Source of the DNA: Octopus vulgaris
Taxonomy: Eukaryota
DNA: 64,000 bases
Direction of reading: 5' to 3'
Assembly: GCA_951406725.2 (NCBI GenBank)
Contig: OX597817.1
Location: 107,012,001-107,076,000 of the forward strand
Part shown: positions 24,153 through 38,500 of the stretch, one piece after another
Layout of the letters: every line of letters begins with the position of its first letter
Numbering within the stretch: position 1 is the first letter of the stretch
Made by a program: the position numbers and the translations under genes
The notes under the pieces: generated by a model
What the model was told of the DNA's origin: nothing
What the model saw: the letters and a program-made list of their open reading frames with translations, nothing else
Database searches by the model: none

Positions 24153-24750
24153 TAATAGCAAAAATAAATGTTGGTTGATTTCTCCAATGATACTTTACAT
24201 TCTATAGAGAGATGGGGAGGGAAAGTGAAAGAGAGATACAAAGGGAGTTAACATAAGAGATGCAGGATAATTACACACATGAGTCTTGGTGGCTGACAAA
24301 GAGTAAAAAAATGCTAGAAAAAAACCCCAAAAAACAATGAGAGGGAAAGAATCATAAAAACTGAGGAGGAGAGGAAGTGAATGGCAGAGTAGTTATGGGA
24401 TAAGTTATGCAAATGAGAAATTCGCAGAATTCAATTTTAAAGTAATACATATTTTCCTTTTCAGAATTAGTAATCATTTCATTATTTTGTATAAGCACCA
24501 AAACATTTGATAAAAGTTATAATGATTGTATGTATGCTATATTTCCTGATATTACCCCTGGTAGTAAAAGTATACTTCCAAACTTACCCATCATGTAATG
24601 GATAGGTAGCGTGTGTGTGTATATATATATATGTTTGCATGTAAGTCATCTTAGAGTCCATAAGTCAGGTAAAAATTGCACTTATATATCTGTTAATAGA
24701 GTGGGTATATTATCTGAAGTTTACAGTATTATATATCTATTACGGCCAAT

Positions 24751-24818
24751 CTTTACACAAGGGATTCAGTGTAGTGTTAGGTAACAATCTGATTATCTAA
24801 CCCTGCACTCATCAGAGG
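24751..24818 (-). ncRNA. decayed hammerhead-like motif with long hairpin stem II
   Basis: Minus strand: CCT-CTGATGA-GTGCAGGGTTAG...CTAACACTACAC-TGAA-TCCCTTGTG-TA-AAG. The GAAA box is mutated. Confidence 0.45.
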
Positions 24819-26469
24819 TGGCTGATATGGAATGAAATATGGTGACTATTGTCTATTGATGGAGGTGAATAAATACATCTGGTTTGTGGTTGCTATGAGA
24901 AAGATAATACTTCAGAATCATATAATACTTCAGAAATGTGAGTTGGCAACATGAATTGACTATCATTATAATGAATATGTTGATTGTTCTGTGTACATAT
25001 TCACTACTTTTGTTGCATTATATATATATATAAATATTATGGATTCTCCTGTCATAGACGATGCATGAGGGTTCTGCAATTTCTTGCTGAACAACCATAC
25101 AGATGGTTTGTTTATAGTGGCCAAATGTTTGTGTACACTAAAGCTTATTCCCTCCATCATATTGGCATTACCTGTACAGGTGCACCATCTGTCACATGTC
25201 AGATGATGAAATGATCACAGAGCAATGTGAAATGAAGCGTTTTACTCAAGAGTACAATGCAATGCCTGGTCTGAGAATTGAAACCGTGATTGCACAATCA
25301 TGAGTGTAACATCCTAACCACTAAGCACCTTCATACACACACACACAACTGCAGGATAGAGTTTAAAGGAGATTTGGGTGCTTGTTCTATCAGGTTTAGT
25401 TACCATTTAGGGGTTTCCTTTGTTGGTTCACATATATACACAGTGTAGTAGGTTGTGATTAGAGAGAGAGATTTAACTGCTATTTTTAGCAGATCAAGTT
25501 ACCACAATCTTATCTCTTGTGGCTCATACATATATACATATGAAACAGTAGGCTTTGATTTTATAGATTTATGACTGCTATTTCTACCAAGTCTTGCTAC
25601 CACACAGAGATTGCTTCCACTGGCTACTATTTCTATCTGGTATGTAGATATTCCTTAATTGGCTTGTACCTATTTACATATGTAAGATTGCAGGATGTGA
25701 TTTCAGGAAGATTTGGCTGCCATTTCTAACAGATCATAGTCAACATGGAAAAGCTCCATAATGGTTCATATAAACATTTGTATATTCATTAGATAGTATA
25801 GGATTTGGTTACAATTTCTAGGAATTTGAAAAGTGTTGCTATATAAACAAATCAATGCCACAGCTCTGCCTTCCTCTATCTCCATCTATGTCTCTCTTTC
25901 TCTTTATGTGTCTCATTCCCCATCTATTTCTATTTCATTATATCAGAGAGTGAGAAAAAGATAGAAGGGAAGAGGAAGAGAAAGAAAGACTAAAGAGAGA
26001 TTGAAAACAAAAAAGGAAAAGAGTTCAAATGTAATTTTGAATCTTCCATTCACTGATCCTACCTTTATGCATATCCCGCTAACTTTATGCATATCTACTT
26101 TCTATTAATTACATTCACTTTCGGCTTTCTTCTTTTCTTCATCATCTTTCTTAACAGACAGTAACACATGGTTTGAGAGAGATTTGGCTGCTAGTTCTCT
26201 AAATAAATGTTACACAAACTTTCCTGTGGAATGGTAAATATTAATATATATATAGTTTTAGGAGTGTTTATTTTGTAGTTTCTGAATACAAGGCAGACAT
26301 ACATACAAATAATTCATATGTCTATATACTAGTTATACCTGCAGAAATTCCATGGAAAACATCATTAATTTATGGGATGCAAGCAGCAGTGAGAATCCAA
26401 ACAATATCTATTCATTCATTATACATTCTGGCAGATTCAAATATGACTATCTGATCGTTGTTGTTTTTC

Positions 26470-27560
26470 ATCATCAGAGAACGCCTTTTCGCTTTATACT
26501 GTAGGTATGTAGATGATATTAATATTCTAGTTAGAAGAATCCCATGTGATCATACCAAGGAGAGCATCCAATGCATAGCTAATTTCATCCATCATGGTAT
26601 CAAGATAACAATACACTATCCCACCAGGTATCCTAACAATAGACACTCTGTCTTTGATATCAAATTTTGGTTAGAGACTACAAACAGCAAAGTTCAACTT
26701 TGTCACTCCTATTATTTGAAACCCATAGCTTCCAAATACATTATTCACAAGAACTCAGCTTTATCACACAGTATAAAGATTAGCATACTAATAGCAGATT
26801 TAGTTAGGATAATGGACAATATGTCCCCCTTATGCAGAGCCTATGAAATAAAGAGATATGCACAGGACTTAATGCATTGCATGCAGTTCTCTGACTATGA
26901 CCAGAGAGATAGAGTCAAAATGTACAGGGGATCTAGGAAGAAGTTTGATAATATAAGTAAGGATGCCAGTGGAATCTGCCTTAGATATCAGGACAAGCAA
27001 TGGAACAGAATACAGAGAATTTGTGATAAAATAAACAGAACAAACACATGGTACTGGACAAATAAATTTTGAGGGGTGATGTTTTTATAGGCCACACCGA
27101 ATGGGGAGTTAACTCTGAAGGATACCAAACTCAACATTGCGATTGAGAAACCTGGGAGGTCCATCAGATGACAGTTATGTAAGATGTACACTTTTGACAA
27201 GGTGACATGTACTGATCTGAACTGTGTGGTATGCACCTCTAACCCCAGTATTAACTGTAAGGCTAGGAATGCAGTCCACAGCATAAAGTGCATGGATGGG
27301 GATTGTAAAAATCGAACTACAATGTACATTGGGGAGGCTTCTAGAAGTTTAGCAGAGAGACTAGATAAACACCAGCAGGAGTATAATGACAGGAAACGGT
27401 CTCTATACTCTATCAACTTGCCAAAGATTAACATGGTAGCATGCTGAGCCAAATTAGCATCAATATCTTGTCTAAATATCTGAGAGACCTGTTGCTTTGA
27501 CAGATATGCAATTCGGTTCTCATAAATGAGACTGAATAAAAAATATCTATAGTAGGTAGT
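26470..27560 (+). pseudogene. second, older Penelope-like fragment (RT motif YVDD through GIY-YIG)
   Basis: YCRYVDDINIL, ILIADLVRIMDN, MQFSDY, CTDLNCVVC..NCKARNAVHSIKC, MYIGEASRSLAERLDKH. Homologous to 16751-17583 but frameshifted. Confidence 0.88.
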
Positions 27561-27659
27561 AAGTAGAACTACAATGCCACTATTATCACACACAATATGC
27601 ATACATCTCTGTGTTTGGATGGACAAGTGGGTGGTGGTATAGACAGGTGTATAAAGGGT

Positions 27660-27845
27660 AAGGTTAGAATGACAGCAGGATGCATAGTAATCCATACAAA
27701 TAAATACATGTAGATTGGTAAAACTCCGATACACATCCATGCATGCACACAATGTATGCATGTAGGTATAAGCAGGTATCGATAAGGTAGAATTAGAATG
27801 ACAGCAGGATGCAAGAAAATCCACACAAATAAATACATAGAACTA
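27660..27845 (+). repeat. tandem duplication (~130-bp period) downstream of Penelope-like ORF
   Basis: TTAGAATGACAGCAGGATGCA..AATCCA(T/C)ACAAATAAATACAT at ~27664 and ~27793. Confidence 0.75.
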
Positions 27846-28724
27846 TGAAAAATTCCAATATACAACCATACCCATTCATGCACATGTGTGGACAGCCATG
27901 CACACACACATACACACAAACAAGAATACAAGAACACATAATTATACGCACATACACACACCAACTATACACATGTACACATACTCAGGCATGCACAGAT
28001 ATGTGTACACACACACAGACATACATAGGCACATGTGTGCACATACAAGTACACAAGAGCACACACACATACTGGAATGCACTCACATAAACAAACACTC
28101 AAACATTTGCATATAAACATTCTCACAGAACCAACCCAACCAAACAAAACATGCATACTAGACCACGCACACACACAGGCACAGATGCTCTCACACACAC
28201 AGCTACCCTGTTCTCTCCTTCTCTTCCCCCACATAAGGTACTGCATCCATAAATCTTTACAGGGTGACCTTGAAAAAAGGCCAAGCCCTTAAAGAGTCAT
28301 GGATGGCTAATGCACATACACCCATAAACAAACAAACAAACACATACAAGCAGTCATGCAAGTGTACACACACAACTACACACACATGTACATGCGTGCA
28401 CATACACATACAAACTCTTTTTACTCTCATTCTTACCTTCTTTTCGAAGTAAACACACATCTACAGACACATGTACAGGCATACATACACAAAGGCATAA
28501 GGCTAATTTTCAGACAGACTCGGGGCAGACCTTGAAGAGAGAAAGAGAGAACAAATCAGTGAAGAGACCACAAATAGCAATAAAATGATTTTGACCTAAC
28601 AAACAACAGATTGATTGTTAAACCAGCTCATTGAAAAAATGGTCCTTTAATTGGTTGGATATTTACCAGTTTCGTTTTTGGATTTGGTTTGCAAGATTCT
28701 TTATATGAGTTCATGTTTTGAAGC

Positions 28725-28985
28725 ATATTCTGTTGTGTCTGGGGAGAGTCATTTTCTTTTTGTGCCTTATTATGTAACATACTCACTGGTAAAATTTCCA
28801 CATTTTGCTTATTTTTATTGTCCTAAAATTTTCGTTGCAACTATTGAAAACTATTGAAAAGGTTACAAGATGCAACGAAAATTTTAAGACAATAAAAATA
28901 AGAAAAAAGTGGAAATTTTACCGGTGAGTATGTTACATAATAAGGCACAAAAAGAAAATGACTCTCTCCAGACACAACAGAATAT
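28725..28985. repeat. ~115-bp-arm hairpin (28725-28839 / 28871-28985)
   Basis: Near-perfect inverted repeat with a 31-nt spacer containing a duplicated ACTATTGAAA. Confidence 0.95.
28851..28887 (+). ncRNA. minimal hammerhead-like motif with U3-A8 core variant
   Basis: CTA-TTGAAAA-G-GTTACA aga TGCAAC-GAA-AATT-T-TA(A; G in the mirror arm). Palindromic AATT stem III. Confidence 0.45.
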
Positions 28986-29522
28986 TTACCAATTGACTAA
29001 CAATAAAGAAGTGATATTGAACCACTGTGCATGTGTTATTATTATTAGCAAAATGACCTGCCCAAGACAACAAGATTTCTTGAAGTGTTATTCACTTCCA
29101 ACTATGTTTTAATTATCCAAACTTGCTTTTGGCCTGTTTATTACATCATTGTCATTATTTGCTGTATTATTGTTGTCATTGTAGTTCATATCTTATTTTG
29201 TGAAAAACAACAAAAAGATTCTATATTTAGGCCACCTACAGAATATATGCACTAATAAACTCATAATAAATTACTATTTGATTATCTTTTTAAATCATTT
29301 TTAGTAGACTAATGAATTGAAATCAAGTATTGCATTTTTAAGTACTAGAGAAGCAAATTCATCTAAATTATATTTGCTTTCACTTAAGTTGGCTTAGATA
29401 ACAAGCTATAAATTAGCTAAGCCATTAAACATAAGTTTTTATTTGTCTTAGCAACCTTTACAAGTTGTATGAAGATGTGTTTGTCAAATCTGATGATGAC
29501 TTAGCAAAAATAAATAAATATA

Positions 29523-29925
29523 GGCGCAGGAGTGGCTGTGTGGTAAGTAGCCTGCTTACCAACCACATGGTTCCGGGTTCAATCACACTGCGTGGCACCT
29601 TGGGAAAGTGTCTTCTACTATAGCCTTGGGCCGACCAAAGCCTTGTGAGTGGATTTGGTAGACGGAAACTGAAAGAAGCCTGTTGTATATATATATATGT
29701 ATATATATGTGTGTGTGTATTTGTGTGTCTGTGTTTGTCCCCCCAACATCGCTTGACAACCAATGCTGGTATGTTTACATCCCAGTTACCTAGCGGTTCG
29801 GCAAAAGAGACCAGTAGAATAAGTACCAGGCTTACAAAGAATGAGACCTGGGGTCGATTTGCTCGACTAAAAAGCGGTGCTCCAGCATGGCTGCAGTCAA
29901 ATGACTGAAACAAGTAAAAGAGAGT
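29523..29925 (+). mobile_element. full-length young abundant tRNA-derived SINE
   Basis: GGCGCAGGAGTGGCTGTGTGGTAAGTAGC head; CAAGTAAAAGAG tail. Confidence 0.92.
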
Positions 29926-31000
29926 ATAAAAGAGAGAATGAATAAATAAAAGAGAAAAGAGAGAAAAATAAACAAAGAAAATAGATGAGAACGATACTTA
30001 AAACTATCATGTTCATCCACTGCTGATGAATGAAGACACTGGGTTCAATCACATGAGACTTCAACAGGAGACACATCCATGCAGGGGACTTGGGGAATCA
30101 TGACTACTCTCACCTATAATACATTGCTGTGTCAGAAACTACAGAAATGGTGGTATTTCATAGTCACAAATGTGTGATGCCCCAACTGCTTCAATGAAAT
30201 GGCCACTGCTTGAGGCTCCAAGAAGTTCTAGTCACTGGTAATCAATGAAGACCATCACTGAATATGCAATATATCAACAAGGGATGTAGTCCTATGGTTG
30301 TGGTGGACAGAGAACTGAAACTGTTCCCACTTATGCAACACCTACTGTGCACTTGGAAGAGTATGGAAGAGGCAGTATTTCATTGTCATCAATTGTGTGC
30401 CATGTAGCTTTAATCGCATGACAATGATGCTAGACTAGCACAGGTTTTCTTCAAAATTAGAATGAGCTGCTTGTACATCAGATTCATTCTCTCATTCTCA
30501 TACAGTATGCCCAGTGGCAAGATAATGTCAAGACAACTGAGCTTTTATGTGAATGCAGGAGGTGGCTGAAGGGATCCTCAGACCTTGTGGTCAACACACT
30601 GTAGTTGGAATAAGTATTGTGACATTTTGTGGATGGAATAGCAATAATGTTCAGAAGATATACACTTCTGAGGCAGTTCAAAATAAGTATATTTTATCTT
30701 AAAGATGGTCAAATATTTCTAATTTATGGCTGTGTTTACATGAATAATGATGTTAAACAATAAAGATACCATTAGAAATTATTATAAGAATCAACTTGTT
30801 TGCAACAGACTGAAATCTGTTGCAAAATTAATTTTATAAAATTCGGGAACCAATTCTTTAATGAGTTCTGTATAATTTAATATGGTTTGTTTTTGAAATG
30901 TAACAAAGTTAATTCTGTAAGTGTATCTACACTGTTGTAAGGAGAATATATTTTAAACTACTTATTTCTGATACATAAATATACTGTGTCAATTTATTAA

Positions 31001-31221
31001 CCCTTTCGTTACCAACCCAGCTGAAACCACCTCTGGCTCTGTAGTATAAATGTCTTGTTTTCATAAGTTCTGAATTAAAATCTTCCACCAAATCTTAGTC
31101 ACAATTTACATTCCTAACACCAGCTTAATGATAACTAAGTTATTTTACTAAATTCTTTGTTATATTTAAAGTCATTGAAAGAAACACAGAGCATCTCAAA
31201 ATAAATACGGTAATGAAAGGG
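31001..31221. mobile_element. ~220-bp TTAA-flanked (piggyBac-type) MITE
   Basis: TTAA|CCCTTTCGTTACC...GGTAATGAAAGGG|TTAA; inverted relative to 10563-10784. Confidence 0.88.
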
Positions 31222-34200
31222 TTAATGCAAATGTTACTCAGTTGCATGACCTGCTATAAATAGCAGCCAAATCTTAAAAAGACACATTGGATAAGTAACT
31301 ATTTCTGAAAAAAATGTGGGGCTGACTTGGAGCTAAATAAAAAATGTAAACTAAATTTGACTGTAAAAATTCAATTACTTAATATAGTTTAGAGAGCAAA
31401 TTATCCCTCACCTTATAATTTTAATCTTTTCCCTTGTATCTTTGATATATTTTAGTCTAAAGAAACAAACAAGGAATTACTTTGTTGCAATATATAGTTA
31501 AGAAGAGTAATTTTTCTGGAAATGCATTGAAGTTGCAACTCTTAAAATCAAGTTGGCATCTATGAAGTGAAACTTTGGACAAAATCCAAAATTACATTTT
31601 TTCAGCTCTTTTACCTTCAAAGTATTGGTGAAAATTTAAGTGAAATATGTGAATAAAAATGTATATATTTACAATGTGCTTCTTGCTTATCAAAGTAACT
31701 GTAATTCAAATTCTAAATGAGATTTAATTAGAAAATAGCATGATGTTCTTATTTATTTTTTAAAAAACTTTTGATCTGAACGCAATTGATAAATATCAAC
31801 TCAAAATTAAAATACGTCTTATCAAGATAAGCAATGAAAATATGTTTTTGAAAAGTATGGTTAGGATTGGCAAAAAACTTTATGTAATACCACAGTTAAA
31901 AAGAGATATGGTGTAGCTGCTATCTTACTTATATAAAGATGTAGGTTAATACAATATGCGTTGTAAGTATTTTCTGGTTGTTAAGGGTGTTTTGAAGGTA
32001 TCTGAAATTCTGGAGCCATTTGCAAGAGTGTTTGGTTAGTGGAGGGAAAGAGTTGTGAGTTTGATGCCCACTGTTTGGGCTATAAAGCTTATGTATTTAT
32101 GGCAATTCTGTATTGAGACAATATGAGGTATATCCAATTGCAGAGAGATACCTCTGTTGCTGTCTATCAGAAGTATAGCAGGCTAATTTCGCGAAGCAAA
32201 TTGGGTTACTTTTTCGATAGAATTTTTAACCTTGAGACCTTTTTTACAATGTATGTTTTCTGGTGACATGACCAGTGGTGGGATTTGAATCAGTAGGCAG
32301 AATTTGCCCCAGGATTCACTCAACTGGAACAGATCCCACAAAGTATCTCATCTGAGTCTGTTAATCCGCTATCTTGTACTGGTGCTTTACTTGTTGATCT
32401 AAAAAAAAATGAAAAGCTAAGTTCATCATGATGAGCTATGAACTCAGAGAATAGAGAATTGAAACAAATTTTGCAAGCTATTCCATCTAGCCTTGTAATG
32501 ACTTCACCAATCCAATGCCTTATTTTATATTTTATATTTATATTTTATTTCTATATCACTTGCCATATTTAGTTATTGTGTAACTGTGTAATAATCAAAT
32601 ATGGAAAATGATATAGAGTAAGAAAGAAAATTTTGGTGAAGTGCATTTGTGTTGAAGTTTCAAATGTTCTTTTAGCTATTTTGTTTTACATGCATCACTA
32701 CCATATTTACTCCTATAAAATAATTTATTTTCCCTTGGAACATCATAATAGAATTATAGCAGGTTAATTTCAGAAACCAGTAGGGTTAATTTTTTTTGTT
32801 GAAACATTATTTCTAAAATTCAGAATCATTCACATAAGACTAGTAAATATTCCTTATATTTGCATATTACTACAGATTTATTGGAGAGAGCAAAATTATT
32901 TGATGCTGAAGCCTTTATTAAAATCATTAGTTATATAGGTTTTTGCAAATAAAATCAGAATTTTTTATACTAGAAAATGAAAACATTGTAAGTGAGAGAA
33001 GTGAACCATTAAGATGCCTACAATCATGATTAAAAATTAGTAAGAATTTCAGGGTAAATGGTTCAACTATTGATACAAACTGGATTCGTTGGGTAGGATT
33101 GATTTTTATTTGAATATACACAGAAACAATACACACACACACACACGTGCACGCGCGTGTGCGTGTGTATGTGTGTGTATAGTAGTATTAGTAGTAGGTC
33201 TCAGCCTTAGTTTTAAACCCAACTGCTTTCTTTGCAAATAAAATGTACATAAACAAACAGGATCTTTCAAACTGAGTGATGATGTCAGTAAAAATCTAGC
33301 CAATCAGATTATAAGAAGCACATTGTGGATTTTTGAGTGATAATGTCATCACATATTTGTCTAGTTTGATTCAGTCTGGGGCTCAATATAAGAGACCAGA
33401 TTTGAAAGACAAAGCAGAGGAAAATGTGACTGGTAGATGGTATGTCAGGAACTTAGTGATGTGAGCAGCAAAGCATGGTGGAAGGCAAATTCTCAATGAC
33501 AAATTCTTAATCTTGTCAGTAATGGTAGTTATGACTCAAAATGTTGGATTGGGGGCAGAACTGTCAATACTTACTCTAAAATATTTACTGCTTCCATGAG
33601 CATATTTCTAGCTTTTCCCACAACTAACATTTTTCTGCCATGAACAGTATTCCTCAATGTAACTTGGTTTTCTTTCTTTGTAATGGTAGTGTTTCTTGTA
33701 AATTTGCAACAATGAAACAGATGCAGACCATTATTGACTAAGCTGGCAACCTTATCAAGTTTGCTTGGTAAGGAGAGTGGTTTATGTTGGACACCCTGCA
33801 GGATGAAAAGCAAAACCTGTCAAAGGGTGGATGAACTCAGTAGAGTGAATGACTATCCATCAGGTAGAAATGAGAGACCCCCTAGTCTGTATCCATTCAT
33901 TCTCTAAAAGGAAAACTCTGACTTTGTTTCCAGTGATGTAAACTAGTTCTTTTTGGGCCTTTCTTCACTTTACAAAGCATTAAGTATAGGCATTGCTTGA
34001 TTTTTAACATCTTTGTTATGAGTTGCATACTATGGATGGTTATAGTGAAGAAAGACAAAATACTCATTGAAAAATTCCATAACGGAACGACAGTATGTAT
34101 CATTGTGGTTTGGTAAGCTCTATGAAAATCTGTTGTAAGAGACACTCATCATTTCCACATCTGGGTAAAAGAGTGCAGGTCTCAAGCTGGACTGAAAGAC

Positions 34201-35515
34201 CATGTCTGTACAGCTTGTTTAAGAGAAGAGTCAAGTAATGGCATTGCTTCAAATTGCATGGATGGATGGATATATGTGTGTGGGTGAGTATGTATGGATG
34301 GATGGCTATATGTGTATGTATCTATGTACACACCCATACACAGATATAAATGCGTTTACATATATATATGTGTCTATGTAAATATATGTATATATATACA
34401 ACATACATATGCATATATGTGCACATGCATATATGTGTAAAACATTGAGTTGCATAAATATAACAAATATATTTTGTAAAATACTGCAGTAAAGTTACAA
34501 TAATCTATAAAATAATGGCTGTTTATGAATAACCTAGATCAGCTCCTAACATGGTTTGCTGATGAAATGGAGGATTTGAATTATGTTCCTAACTGTAGCA
34601 ATTACCATCTTTTATTGCTGTCCTCTTTTAGAATTAAAGCATGTGCTTCCTATATATTAAACATAGTAATGACATTATTGAGTGAGATTTAGGCTACACT
34701 GAGAATATATCAGGACTGCATAGAAGCCATATCATTGGCTTGTTGTTGCTGTTTAACCTCAGGTCAGTGTTGATGCACCAACCTATAGTTAAATGCATTA
34801 CACTTGTGACCATCCCATCTTATTTACAGATGCAGTATATCTAGGATCACATTTCAAATATGCCCTTCCATTTTTTTTTATAGATAATAGGATGTCATTT
34901 AATGGATGTTTAGCTGTTAACCTTACCAGATCAAATAATCAGGAAGAGAATCTTTCCAGATTAACCTTAATTTGAATAAAATGATGGTGCAGGAGAATGT
35001 AAAATATTTGCATTTTCTTCATAGAGTTGCAAAGGCCACAGGCACAGCCTTTTGATCAAACCAATAAAAATAGCCCTGTTTAGCCCTGGTTTCATAGCAT
35101 TAAATTAATAAGAGATATTATTATCTGTCCCCTGCCAGATCATCCTATCAGAGCTTTACTCTCAGTTGATGCAGCAGCTACAGGCTGGAAGAGGCCACAT
35201 GTAGCTGGACACGATTAAGGAAGATCTCCAGAGGCTTGATATCACCTAGGAAGATGCAGAGGAGGGGCTGGTAGAGGATTGTCAGCAATGAAGATCACTG
35301 GTGGACCTGGTCAGCTCTATGAATGATGATGTCTCTGGGACCACTAACCCAGGATGCTCCCAGCCCCATCAAGCAAAAGCATGAAGTAAGCAGGCAAGCA
35401 CAATTATCCTTGGATGGGATGGTTAGCCTTTTTATGTTGTGGTTGATATTATTACAGTCAGTAACTTAACCACTTCTGCTGTGCTTGAGCTGTTCCTAGA
35501 ATTAATTGCTTAATC

Positions 35516-38500
35516 CTGGCATCGGTAACCTTTTGATAATGGAGTGCCAAACCTAGCTTCCAAAAGCATTACATGTACCAACCTCATATTGCTACTTTTA
35601 TTCTTCTATTAGTAGAGTTTATACTTTTGAAACTCACTATAACAGAAACCTATTTTATCTAATCCTTTAATAATTCAAATTGCATGGGAAAAAATATGAT
35701 TTTATTTTAAAAATTAATTAAAAAAATTTTTCAAATTATAAACAACAGAACAAAATTATAAACAAGTTACATTAAATTTCTATAAATTAATGAGAACCTT
35801 GTCCCTGTACATCTTTGCTTAATTTCTCAATATCAGGTGCATAATTTGTGACTTTTAGTTTTACGCAAACTTCTAAATGTTGAATTGTCAGACAACTTCT
35901 TTGTGGACTCAAAACAGATTTCATATGTGGAAACATTTGTTTGCATGTATATGTTGAACCAAAGGCTGAAAGCAGAGCATATGAGATTTTCATCAAATAA
36001 CTGAATCTTTTAGGCAATGACATCCAGCAATTGAAGATGGCAACAGACTTCTCCAAGCAGTTTCTTTCAAGAGTTTTTCATAATTCCACAAATTTTGTTT
36101 TCCACAATTCTGAAGTTGTTAATTCAATCATTTCAAAACTATCAACATGCATCCACTCAAAAAGTGATAGATCAAGTGGGTTTGTTTTCAAGTCAATCAA
36201 GTCGAGTTCAATGAGAGAAGAAAATATAGGAGTGTAAGTTTCGAAATCTTTACCTCACTTGAAAAATTCTTCTTTCAACGTTGCAATATATTTTTTTAAA
36301 GTTCATTTCTATTAACATTAAATCAATGTGAATAAGTTTTTACATTTGGAAAGTAATTGTAAGTGTTGCTAAGTATCACACCAAAAATATCTAATTTTAA
36401 CAAAATTTTCCAGTGTTCAAAAAGATCAAATACTGTTTGATCTTTCCCTTGTAAATGCAAATTTAAATCATTCAAGTGTTTGCTTATGTCAGTTAGAAAC
36501 ATCAACTTAAATAACCCGTCTTCATTGTTCAATTCTGGGAAATGTTTCTCTTCAAGAAATATTTTGATTTCTTCTAAGCATGATACAAATCTGTTCAAAA
36601 CATTACCCTGACTAAGCCAATGGACATTACTGTGTAGTGGGAGGTCTGCATATTCACTGTCTAATTCTTGCAAAAAGGACTTAAATTGTCTGTGAGTTAG
36701 CGAAGAGCGAGAAACTATGAAGTTAACTATTTAAACAACAGTCTCCATGACAGAATTCAAGCTTCATGATAACATTTTTGCAACTAAATTTTCCTGATGT
36801 ATAATGCAATTAAAACTCATTACATTACATCCAATATGATTCTCAAAAGCTTAAAAAATCCTTTTCCCTTCCAACCATTGCATGGGCACCATCAGTAGTG
36901 AAATAAAATATTTTATTTATATTAATGACTTGATTTTCGAAATAATTTACAAATGCAATCAGAATGTCCTGTCCTGTATTGGTATGAGGAATCAAACAAC
37001 TTAATTCTTCATAAATACGATCATTGTCACAGTATCTTACAACAATTGCTAGGCACACCATGTCATTCGTGTCAGTATTTTCATCGACAGCAACACTGAA
37101 TGCAGCAGTTTTTTGTAATCCAACTTTTTGTTTTATTGTTATGTTTTCAGTTACATCAGTTATACATCTCTCAATTGATCTCACAGAAGCTGGTATTTCT
37201 TGAAATTGAGACAGTATTGTTTCAGTATTTGGTAAATCACTGAACAAAATTTTAGCACTTCTCAGAAAAGCTTTTTTGATAAATTCTCCATCTGTAAAAG
37301 GTTTACCTTTCTCAGCTATACATTGAGTAATTGTGTAACTACATTCATTGGCTTTATTTTTCGTTCCAAGCATTTGGACAAAAAAAAAAGTGCTTTTTTT
37401 GTAACTAGAAATACCCCTTTTTATGGCTTCACTTTTCTCATCAGAGTTTTTAAATATAGTCTGGTGTCTAGTATGATAATGTCTTTGTACACTTGTTGTA
37501 CGACATACACAGATTCACTGCAGAATGCATATACAGCACGATAATTTTACTATACAAATCCATATGCAATTCTCCAGAAATCTTGAAATGAACGAACATC
37601 AAGTTTTTGTCTTTTGTTATTTATCTTGGAGCACTATATATTGACAATTAATATTAACAGGTTTAACAGGTGTATAAACCCTTAAACCAGATTCTACAAA
37701 TAAAGATAAAAATAACTAAATAAAAATAATTAGAATGAAATAAATAGTAAAAAAAAAAAGAAACAAAAATGAAATAAATTTAATGAATAAATTTGTGTAA
37801 TAATAAGAATAATTAGATTAAAATAAATAGTAAGAATAAACAGAAAAAAATCAGACAATTTGACTCACAAAGGAGAAATTGAAACCAAAGAAAATAAGTG
37901 TAATTTTTGACTTTTCATTGTTTTGTCTTTGAAAACCCTTCTCACTACTTCTTTTCCTTTCCATTTTATATAAAAGTGGCTTCAAAATGAGATAATAATT
38001 TTAGAAGAATCTACTTATAGATGACCCACAAAGTAGGAGCTCATTTTTAAGAGTGTCTTTATTTAAGCTGACTGCTGTAAGGTGGTTAACTAATTTTAGC
38101 ATATGATCTGCATTGCTAAATATATAACTGATTTTAAAAAATAGGCATTTGCAGCTCTACCTCCTGGCTTCAGTAATAAAGTACATATAAATGCTTTCAG
38201 CACCAGCTTACAAACAACAAGTTAATTGTGCTAACATTTATAATTTGGTATCGTCAAAATTATATGTGTTCAGTTATACTATATTTTTAAGGAAATGTAA
38301 CACTACCAAGTACAGCTAACTTTAGATAGTTTAGGTTATAATAGATGGATCATAAAAAAAGAAATGTAACAAAGTAATTTTATTATTATGATGTCGCTTC
38401 CTGAAATATAGTTATAAACAAAAATTTATGTTTATTTTTTGCCAAGAGGTGTGTGTGCCATTGTGAATTGGTCTGTGTGCCACACATGGCATTCATGCCA

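Noticed and set aside
32600-34250. Coding-like minus-strand fragments (ORFs 32927, 33571, 33897)
   Set aside because: Interrupted by stops with no family motif recognised; cannot be supported without a homology search.
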